Below, one piece after another: positions 9,414-17,128 of a stretch of DNA of 64,000 nucleotides. Made by a program: the position numbers and the translations under genes. Source of the DNA: Sedimentisphaerales bacterium (GTDB taxonomy: Bacteria > Planctomycetota > Phycisphaerae > Sedimentisphaerales > SM23-30); NCBI GenBank assembly GCA_963666285.1, contig OY762711.1; one strand, 5' to 3'. How positions within the stretch are numbered: the stretch's first letter is position 1; each line of letters begins with the position of its first letter. The notes beneath the pieces were generated by a model. It worked only from the letters and a program-made list of their open reading frames with translations, ran no database searches and was not told the origin of the DNA.

Positions 9414-10271
9414 ATGAAGAAAAAAGGTTTTACATTGATTGAATTGTTGGTGGTAATTTCTATTATCGCTCTGTTGGTTAGTATTCTGATGCCGGCACTT
9501 AATAAGGCCAGGGAGCAGGCCCGCAAAACTGTTTGTGCCAATAATCTGCGGTCTAATGTTTTGGCGCTTAGAATTTATTCAGGACAAAATAACGATAAAT
9601 TACCTGCTGGTACTAATGTTAATTGGCCGTGGGATATCAGCTACTGGACAACTGATATTATTCTAAAAAATGGTTCGGATCCGGAAGTATTCTATTGCCC
9701 GGCCAATAAAAACATGAGTGAGGAAAATGATTATAACTGGAGATATAGTGAAGCCTACAGTTATGGTGATATGAACTTGACCATTGCTGAGCCAACTAAT
9801 ATTACTCAGCGTAAAGATCGATATCGCGTAACCAGCTATTTCTGGATTATCGACAATGCCGCTGAAACAAGAAACACAGATCAGCCTTTGGACGATCCGG
9901 ACAATAATAATGTATATGTCTTCCCTAGACGTAAATGGGTATCCAATCTTGGAAAGGTTAAAACTCCGGTTGAAACAGAATTAGTTACTGACTGTTGTAT
10001 GCGTGCCGGGGCCTATACTCTTGGAAATTATACTAGTATACAGGGCGGTATTTACGAAAAATGGCAGATATTCGATACCTCAAACCATGTCAAGAGTGAT
10101 GGTGATCTGGTTGGTGGAAATGCCGGTTTTGTTGACGGCCATGTTGAATGGAGAGATAAAGAAGGCTTGACTGATATTACTCTTCCAAAAACAGAACCTG
10201 TAGACAAAAGATTGCGCGCTCGTTTCAGAAGTGGTACCTATGATGGCCAAATTCTGGATTTCTTCTGGTAA
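9414..10271 (+). CDS. Prepilin-type N-terminal cleavage/methylation protein with H-X9-DG-type C-terminus (DUF1559-like family)
   Basis: [45 protein letters not shown]...[22 protein letters not shown] before ATG 9414. Confidence 0.9.
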   Translation: MKKKGFTLIELLVVISIIALLVSILMPALNKAREQARKTVCANNLRSNVLALRIYSGQNNDKLPAGTNVNWPWDISYWTTDIILKNGSDPEVFYCPANKNMSEENDYNWRYSEAYSYGDMNLTIAEPTNITQRKDRYRVTSYFWIIDNAAETRNTDQPLDDPDNNNVYVFPRRKWVSNLGKVKTPVETELVTDCCMRAGAYTLGNYTSIQGGIYEKWQIFDTSNHVKSDGDLVGGNAGFVDGHVEWRDKEGLTDITLPKTEPVDKRLRARFRSGTYDGQILDFFW

Positions 10272-10288
10272 TATTTGTAGTTAATGTT

Positions 10289-10335
10289 GGCTGCAGGAAA
10301 TATAATTTTGTTTTATGTTTCCTGTAGCTTTTTTT
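10289..10335 (+). terminator. Intrinsic terminator
   Basis: GCTGCAGGAAATATAA / TTATGTTTCCTGTAGC stem followed by T7. Confidence 0.75.
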
Positions 10336-10415
10336 ATATTTTTCCGATACGATACGACTTTTCATTTTTTAATTCTTTATGTAAATGTGTTTTTGTAGTT
10401 GTAGATAGGAATTTT

Positions 10416-12374
10416 ATGAATAACTTCAGGTATTTTTTTATTGCAGTGTTATCTGTGATTTGCTCTGTATGTCTAAGTAACGCTCTGGCAAAGTCTTTCA
10501 ATGTCGCCTCTCCTGATGGCGACCTTGTTGTGTCTGTCTTTCTCTCTGAGCAGGGCGTGCCCATGTATAATGTCAAATGTCAGGGGATGGATGTTGTCAA
10601 ACCGTCACCACTTGGCCTTGTTTATGATGATATCTCGCTGAACAGTTCTCTTGAGATGGTTAGTGTTTCACAGTCTGAAAAGGTTTCCGATAACTATCAG
10701 ATGATCGCCGGTAAGAGAAAAGACTGCCACTATTCTGCTAATAAAAGAACGGTTTCCTTCCGGAACTCGTCTAACAACCAGTTGGATATTGTATTTCAGG
10801 TTTCTGATGATGCCGTTGCTTTTCGCTATGCCATTCCTGGTGCTATCGGCAAACGAGTATCTGTTAATAAAGAAAACACCTCTTTTGCTTTTCCATCTGA
10901 TGCTATCGCCTGGCTTCATCCTATGTCTGTTGCCAAATCCGGTTGGTGTAAAACTCAGCCTTCTTACGAAGAGCACTATTCAATCGCTCAGCCGGTCGGC
11001 AAGCCGTCTCCCATGAATCAAGGCTGGTGTTTTCCTGCTTTATTTAAAACTCACGACAATATCTGGGCTTTGATCTGTGAAACGAATGTTAGTGGCGATT
11101 ATACCGGCACACGCCTTGCCCATGATTCTACTGATGGTATTTATAAAATAGACTTTTCCCAGCCTCAGGAACACAGGGGAGAAATTGATCCGATTGCTCC
11201 CAGTGTGAAACTGCCTTTCGTTTCTCCTTGGCGCGTTATTATTATCGGCAGCAAACTTGATGCTGTTGTTCAGTCAACTGTTATGACCGATCTGGCTGAA
11301 CCTTCCAGGGTTGCAAATATTGATTTCGTTATACCCGGCAAAGCCGCCTGGCATTGGATTCGTTATGGCGACGATAGTGCCACTCTGCCATTTGCCGATT
11401 CCTATCTTGATTTTGCTGAAAAAATGAAATGGCAATATATTCTTATCGATAGTAATTGGGACCAATTCATCGGTTATGAAAAGATCGCCGAGTTTGTCAA
11501 AAAAGCAAACTCCGGGAATGTAGACGTTATTCTTTGGTACAATTCAAACGGTCCGTGGAATGATGCTCCTATGACCCCTAAAAATAAAATGCACGAACGT
11601 GATGTTAGACGCAAGGAATTTGCATTACTCGAGGAAATGGGTGTCAAAGGTGTAAAGGTCGACTTTTTCGGCGGCGATAAACAGGCAACCATGCAGCTTT
11701 ATTATGATATCCTGACTGATGCGGCTGACTTTGGCATTATGGTAAACTTCCACGGCACCACCATACCGCGGGGCTGGCAGCGCACTTTCCCAAACCTGGT
11801 GACTATGGAAGCTGTCAAGGGTATGGAATACTGCACCTTTGAACAGAAAAACGCCGACCTCCAGCCGCAGCATTGCACGATCCTGCCTTTCACCAGGAAT
11901 GTTATTGGTTCCATGGACTTTACCCCGATGGCATTCAATCCTGGAATCAGGGCGGTCAATCTAAAAACTACTTTAGCTTTTGAACTGGCTTTATCTGTTG
12001 TTTTTGAATCTGCTGTTCAGCATTTTACCCTTTCCCCTGATGAATATCAGCTTATGCCGGACTATGTTGTCAGATACCTTCAGGATGTCCCTACCACATG
12101 GGATCAGACAGTGCTTGTCGATGGCTACCCTGGCCAGTTCGCTGTTTTCGCTCGACGAAAAGCTGACAAATGGTACGTGGCAGGAATTAACGGCACAAAT
12201 ATTGCCAAAACTCTTACTCTTGATCTATCATTTATTCCTGCTCAGACCGGTGCTGTTCTTATTACCGATGGAGCAGATAGAACATTTAATAAAACCGAAC
12301 TTAAAGCCGGAACTTTCAGCAAACTGGATATTGAGCTTAAACCTAACGGTGGCTTTGCGTTTGTGACAAAATAG
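10416..12374 (+). CDS. GH97 glycoside hydrolase (alpha-galactosidase/glucosidase family)
   Basis: ATG 10416 after AGGA; signal peptide; SPDG, PWRVIIIG, YILID..W, GVKGVKVDFFG, NFHG..PRGW.RT.PN, RN.IGSMDFTP, WDQT..GYPG. Confidence 0.9.
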   Translation: MNNFRYFFIAVLSVICSVCLSNALAKSFNVASPDGDLVVSVFLSEQGVPMYNVKCQGMDVVKPSPLGLVYDDISLNSSLEMVSVSQSEKVSDNYQMIAGKRKDCHYSANKRTVSFRNSSNNQLDIVFQVSDDAVAFRYAIPGAIGKRVSVNKENTSFAFPSDAIAWLHPMSVAKSGWCKTQPSYEEHYSIAQPVGKPSPMNQGWCFPALFKTHDNIWALICETNVSGDYTGTRLAHDSTDGIYKIDFSQPQEHRGEIDPIAPSVKLPFVSPWRVIIIGSKLDAVVQSTVMTDLAEPSRVANIDFVIPGKAAWHWIRYGDDSATLPFADSYLDFAEKMKWQYILIDSNWDQFIGYEKIAEFVKKANSGNVDVILWYNSNGPWNDAPMTPKNKMHERDVRRKEFALLEEMGVKGVKVDFFGGDKQATMQLYYDILTDAADFGIMVNFHGTTIPRGWQRTFPNLVTMEAVKGMEYCTFEQKNADLQPQHCTILPFTRNVIGSMDFTPMAFNPGIRAVNLKTTLAFELALSVVFESAVQHFTLSPDEYQLMPDYVVRYLQDVPTTWDQTVLVDGYPGQFAVFARRKADKWYVAGINGTNIAKTLTLDLSFIPAQTGAVLITDGADRTFNKTELKAGTFSKLDIELKPNGGFAFVTK

Positions 12375-12408
12375 TATATTACCCCAAACTTACTTGCGAG
12401 TATTACTA

Positions 12409-13380
12409 ATGAATAGATATTCTTTAAAATTCAGGCGTCTTGTTATTGCGATTCCGGCATTTGTCTTTCTTATCGCGGTTACCGCATCATTCGCAGAGAA
12501 TCCTATCATTACCGACAAATTCACTGCCGATCCTGCTGCACTGGTTTATAACGATACCGTCTATCTTTATGTCGGCCACGACACCTGTCCGGACCGAGAA
12601 AATCGTTACGTTATGCCCGAATGGCTCTGCTATTCTTCGACCGACATGGTCAACTGGACCGAACACCCCGTTCCGCTCAGGCCCAAAGATTTCAAATGGG
12701 CCAGGGGTGATGCTTGGGCTGCTCAGGTTATCCATAAAGATGGCAAGTTCTATTGGTACGTTACCGTATCCCACGCAACGATCCACGGCAAAGCTATCGG
12801 AGTTGCTGTTTCCGACAGTCCTACCGGTCCTTTCAAGGATGCCAGGGGCTCGGCTATCATTACCAACGATATGACCACAGACACAAAAATATCATGGGAC
12901 GATATCGACCCGACTGTCTATATCGATGATGATGGTCAGGCATATTTATTCTGGGGCAATACCAAATGTCGATGGATAAAGCTCAAGGACAACATGATCG
13001 AGCAGGATGGTCCTATCCATACTATCGATACCCTGCCAAACTTTACTGAAGCGCCTTGGATCCACAAAAGGGGGGAATGGTACTACCTTTCATATGCCTA
13101 TCAGTTCCCCGAAAAAACCGCTTATGCCATGAGTAAAAGTATTACCGGCCCCTGGGAATATAAGGGCATTCTTAACGAGGTTGCCGGCAATAGCAACACC
13201 AACCACCAGTCTATTATCAATTTCAAGGGTAAGGACTACTTCATTTACCACAATGGTAGTATTGTCACCAACGGTGCTAGTTTCAGACGCTCGGTTTGTA
13301 TCGACTACCTTTATTACAATCCGGACGGCACTATCAAACGCATCATTATGACCTCGGAAGGTGTCAACCCTGCCGAATAG
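12409..13380 (+). CDS. Secreted GH43 (arabinofuranosidase/xylosidase-like)
   Basis: NPIITDKFTADPAALV, DAWA, DIDPTV, FTEAPW, TNHQSII motifs; signal peptide. Confidence 0.9.
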   Translation: MNRYSLKFRRLVIAIPAFVFLIAVTASFAENPIITDKFTADPAALVYNDTVYLYVGHDTCPDRENRYVMPEWLCYSSTDMVNWTEHPVPLRPKDFKWARGDAWAAQVIHKDGKFYWYVTVSHATIHGKAIGVAVSDSPTGPFKDARGSAIITNDMTTDTKISWDDIDPTVYIDDDGQAYLFWGNTKCRWIKLKDNMIEQDGPIHTIDTLPNFTEAPWIHKRGEWYYLSYAYQFPEKTAYAMSKSITGPWEYKGILNEVAGNSNTNHQSIINFKGKDYFIYHNGSIVTNGASFRRSVCIDYLYYNPDGTIKRIIMTSEGVNPAE

Positions 13381-13408
13381 AAAAAACACTTTTTCCCTCC
13401 TTTGATAT

Positions 13409-13437
13409 AACCGTCAGTGCTGACTGACGGTTTTTTT
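13409..13437 (+). terminator. Intrinsic terminator ending the GH locus
   Basis: AACCGTCAGT-gctg-ACTGACGGTT followed by a T run. Confidence 0.85.
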
Positions 13438-13689
13438 CTTTCCATAGCACCGTTGATTATGGTAATATATTAAATATGTACAGTATTTCTGTATTTTGTG
13501 GATTTATTATTTAGCTTGTGTTGTATGTTTAGTAGAGTCTGAATTATTACCCTCTCTATTTCCATTCACCACAGTAGCTTAACGTATGATAATACGGTAC
13601 TATATTGTTGTGGGATTTACCGTAAAGTATTGTTTTTTAATTGGTTACAAAAAATAAATAAGATTTATTGCGTTAGCTTTTAAAATACG

Positions 13690-13706
13690 GTCCGCCTGTG
13701 GCGGAC
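13690..13706. repeat. Short GC-rich palindrome (REP-like)
   Basis: GTCCGCC-tgt-GGCGGAC in an otherwise AT-rich spacer. Confidence 0.5.
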
Positions 13707-13743
13707 ACATTAGCTTATTTCTTTCTTATTAAAGGAGTGTCAC

Positions 13744-15765
13744 ATGAGTGCTAAATTGAAGTTGTCTCTGGTCGTTATTTGTTTGTTTTCTAACCTTATT
13801 TTCGCCGCCGGAGGCGTTCTCCCCGGCACTGGCACCGCCGCCGATCCCTACCTCATCGAAGATTTCGAAGATTTCGATACTTTTGCTGGTAACACTGATT
13901 ATTGGGCTGAAGGTGTTCATATTAAACTTATGACTGATGTTGACCTTTCCTCTAATTTGCCTGGGAGAGTTATTTATGAAAATGCTCCAATAGCTGGTGA
14001 TACGGACAATGATTCTAGTTTTGACGGAACCGCTTATTTCGGCTTTTTTGATGGAAATGGACATACTATTAGTAAACTCACGATTTATAGAGATTTGTTT
14101 GAAGAATTGCCACACTATAGTGGTTTGTTTGGTTATATTGGCTTAGAAGGTAGTGTATCAAACCTGAATTTGGAAAACTTTGTTGTTGAAGGTCAATCCC
14201 CGTCAGGTGGATTATGCGGAGCTAATTATGGCAACATATCTGCATGCGATCTTAGTGGTTCAGTATCCGGTCCATTGCCTTATTACACAGGAGAGCGTAT
14301 AGGCGGACTGTGCGGGATTAACTATGGTACTATAGATTTTTGTAAGGTATCTGCATCAGTAAGCGGAACTGATACTTCTCTTATAGGTGGATTTTGCGCG
14401 TCAAATAGAGGCAGTATAAATTCATGTTGCTTTACTGGTTTGGTAAGCGGTGAATATAGTGTTGGCGGTTTTTGTGCAGGTAATATTGGCAATATAACAG
14501 CATGTTATGCTAATGGAACGGTAACAGGTGACTTTACTGGTGTAGGCGGTTTTTGCGTAGCTAATAGTGGTAATATAACAGCATGTTATGCTACCGGGTC
14601 GGTTGATGGGTTTGAAGGAGTATGTGGGTTTTGCTCCAATAACAGTGGGAGAATAACTGCATGCTATGCTAATGGAACGGTAACAGGTGAGTTTGATCTA
14701 TATGGCCTATGTAGTGAAGGAACAAGTGGTGTTACATCAAGTTTTTATAATACAGAAACCAGTGGAATTCCTGACCCTGAAGCAGGAGCAGCTGACACCA
14801 ATGGAATGGTTGGGATATCTACAGCCGAAATGCAGGATATCAACACATTCCTAAACGCTGGCTGGGATTTCACCGGCGAAACTGCCAACGGCACAGAAGA
14901 TATCTGGTTTATGAATGGATATCCGGAATTATGTTGGAGTAATGTTGATGTATTTGATCTGACAGAGTTGAGTGACTTAACTACTACCTGGCTGGCCAAT
15001 AGCTGTAATTATGGTACTGAATGCTATTATTTTGATTATAATAACGATTCAATGATTGATATTGCCGATTTTGCATATTTAGCCGCAAACTGGCTTGAGC
15101 CAATAACAATAAAAGAACCTCCAAAACTTATTGCCCACTGGCAGCTGGATGAAGTAGGTGGAACAGTGGCGGTAGATTCAAGCATTTATGGCAATGATGG
15201 AACACTTTTTGGAGATCCGAGCTGGACTGCCGGTATCAGTGGTAATTGCCTGCAATTTGATGGTGAAAATGATTTTGTCGAAGTATCTGACTCTGGAATA
15301 TTTGACTTTTCTGATCAAATTACAATTTCTTTATGGGCTAAGTTAAATGATGTTAACAGTAGTTGTTCAAAAATTATTGTCAAGCCCAGTGACACTTCAG
15401 GGGCTGACCCTTGGGAGGTATTTGCTATAGACCTTGGCTCTAGTGGAGTTACCCCTCGCTTTATTCTTTCAGAGGGTAATGCCGGAAGTTGGAACGGAGC
15501 ATATGGCACCGACCTTCAACTAAATATTGATCAATGGTACCATATCGCAGGAACTTATGATGGTTCTGTGATGAAACTGTATTTGGATGGTGTTCTTGTT
15601 GCAACCAACTCGACCAGTATAAGCATTGGTACCAGCGATATATCTTTAAGAATAGGAAAATATATCGATGGACATTTCTTCGACGGTGCAATCGATGAAG
15701 TAAAAATCTTTAATTCTGCCTTATCTGCCTCTGGCATTGCCGATCTTGCAGTTGTACCTGAATAA
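13744..15765 (+). CDS. Secreted GLUG-repeat protein + dockerin-like motif + LamG domain
   Basis: AAGGAG RBS; signal peptide; G.GT..DPYLI, FDGNGHTIS.L, GLFG, repeated GG.CG.N.G.I..C; NAGWDF; DYNNDSMIDIADFAYLAANWL; LIAHWQLDE...FDGAIDEVKIF. Confidence 0.85.
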   Translation: MSAKLKLSLVVICLFSNLIFAAGGVLPGTGTAADPYLIEDFEDFDTFAGNTDYWAEGVHIKLMTDVDLSSNLPGRVIYENAPIAGDTDNDSSFDGTAYFGFFDGNGHTISKLTIYRDLFEELPHYSGLFGYIGLEGSVSNLNLENFVVEGQSPSGGLCGANYGNISACDLSGSVSGPLPYYTGERIGGLCGINYGTIDFCKVSASVSGTDTSLIGGFCASNRGSINSCCFTGLVSGEYSVGGFCAGNIGNITACYANGTVTGDFTGVGGFCVANSGNITACYATGSVDGFEGVCGFCSNNSGRITACYANGTVTGEFDLYGLCSEGTSGVTSSFYNTETSGIPDPEAGAADTNGMVGISTAEMQDINTFLNAGWDFTGETANGTEDIWFMNGYPELCWSNVDVFDLTELSDLTTTWLANSCNYGTECYYFDYNNDSMIDIADFAYLAANWLEPITIKEPPKLIAHWQLDEVGGTVAVDSSIYGNDGTLFGDPSWTAGISGNCLQFDGENDFVEVSDSGIFDFSDQITISLWAKLNDVNSSCSKIIVKPSDTSGADPWEVFAIDLGSSGVTPRFILSEGNAGSWNGAYGTDLQLNIDQWYHIAGTYDGSVMKLYLDGVLVATNSTSISIGTSDISLRIGKYIDGHFFDGAIDEVKIFNSALSASGIADLAVVPE

Positions 15766-15797
15766 ATTAAGTATTTTATGAACACATTTTACATACC

Positions 15798-15834
15798 AAA
15801 GCCGCATCGGAAATACCTCCCTTGTGGCTTTTTT
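15798..15834 (+). terminator. Probable intrinsic terminator
   Basis: AAAGCCGCA...TGTGGCTTT followed by a T run. Confidence 0.6.
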
Positions 15835-16035
15835 CATAGTTTTTTTTACAGCCGTTATAACATGACTGTATTAGTCAATATTTACCGTTTTACTATTCTC
15901 TGCTCAAATTCCTTTGCGATCTTTGCGGACTTTGCCAGAGTCAATTTATTTCAAAATCGCTTCAACTTCAACATTCCTGTTTCCAACCAAACCAACATCA
16001 CCACGAGCAGGTAGCTTAGCCTTTCCCGTTGAAAA

Positions 16036-16630
16036 TCCTGAGTTCGTCGAAGCAGCTGAGCATAGCGAAATCCCGATGTACATCGGGATTATAATTTCCA
16101 GCAGCTTGGCTGCCTGCTGTTCGCTCGTAGCTCGCAGCTGTTTGCTGATTTTCGGTAGCCCCCCGGTTTCAACCGGGGGAATAAACTAGTCTCCCCATTA
16201 TTTTTAAAGCATCCTCGCCGCCAGGCGATACCTTCACATCATTGGAATATTCCAATGATGTGCCAGAGTGCGAAGCACGTATTTTCTCTTCACTGACCGC
16301 TGGCCGCTGATAGCTCGCTGCTGCTCATCTGTTCTAATCTCTAACGACCTTTGGTCGTTCGGCGTCAGCTTTTAAACAAGCCGTGAGCGACAGCGAATTA
16401 TTCCTGATGTCAACGTACATCAGGACACCTTAATTTTTCACTTTTAATTATTCATTTTTCATTTAGCGTAGCTCGCCGCTCCGCGACATCTGGTCCGCCC
16501 AATGCCAAAATCACCCGATTTTACCAAATTTCAGCCCAATCCGCTGCCCGCCGCGCTCCTCCGTTCGCCGCCGTTCTCGTTCATCGCCCGCCGTAAGGCC
16601 TCAATTCATCGCCGTTCGCCGCCGTAAGAG
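16036..16630. repeat. Non-coding mosaic of palindromes (one GTAG-type REP-like), heptamer tandem repeats and a GC-rich microrepeat block
   Basis: Perfect palindromes at 16069-16090 (22 bp) and 16235-16262 (28 bp); GTAG + CCCCCGGTT-tc-AACCGGGGG at 16155-16179; hairpins at 16215-16228, 16268-16278, 16343-16359 and 16402-16425; 7-mer runs at 16291-16325 and 16431-16465. Confidence 0.8.
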
Positions 16631-16730
16631 GAGCCAATCTGGTTGCATTTTGGTATTTTTTTTTAATTTCTTGCATATATTTTTTAATTATTTTTGTTCG
16701 TTACAATCCCTCTAAACATACCTTTTTTTC

Positions 16731-16759
16731 TTGACTGAGAAGGACTTAAGTAATATTAT
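16731..16759 (+). promoter_or_regulatory. Sigma70-type promoter for the giant surface protein
   Basis: TTGACT-N17-TATTAT preceded by an AT-rich tract. Confidence 0.6.
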
Positions 16760-16765
16760 GTACTT

Positions 16766-17128
16766 CATCAATATGCCTGATTGTAGTTGAGGTAGGCCCA
16801 CCAAAATCAGCATACCTGATAACTTAACGTAACTTTGTGCTGGATAATAACTTATAATTATCCGGTCCCGCCTTCCCAGGCCCCAGAAACCAGCATTAGC
16901 TGAAACTTTCCGGCACAAGCTGTACCCTGCAGGGACGCAGATTTACAATTATACTAACGGACTTAAATACAGCCATATCGGAGATTTACGGCTGTTTTAA
17001 CTGACAATTTTACCTGTTCTCGCCGAATTATGTCTTATTACATATTTTTACTCGGAGCAGGCGATTGTTTTAAACCTGACAATGGAATGTCTATAAAATA
17101 GAATTTTTATAAGCCCAGGAGATACAAT
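16766..17128 (+). promoter_or_regulatory. Long structured 5' leader (candidate cis-regulatory RNA)
   Basis: ~360 nt between the predicted promoter and ATG 17129; several hairpins, two of them mutually exclusive. Confidence 0.4.

Noticed and set aside
10284..10415. Extended ORF-track starts (10284, also 1087, 35936, 47865)
   Set aside because: Downstream ATGs have better RBS or coupling and, for the secreted proteins, proper signal peptides; the 10284 extension crosses a terminator
13744..15765. Diversity-generating retroelement target
   Set aside because: No reverse transcriptase and no template/variable repeat pair with adenine-specific mismatches seen
15778..16189. Short ORFs 15778-16014 and 15914-16189
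   Set aside because: They run through a terminator and palindromes, with no convincing RBS or protein features
16036..16630. Possible CRISPR array or attC cassette array
   Set aside because: The repeats differ from one another, are irregularly spaced and enclose no genes; no cas or integrase gene in the window
16912..16945. GGCACAAG-CTGTA-ccc-TGCAG-GGACGCAGA resembling a c-di-GMP-I riboswitch
   Set aside because: Lacks the GNRA tetraloop, exact GCAAA motifs and a recognisable P3; kept only as part of an unknown leader
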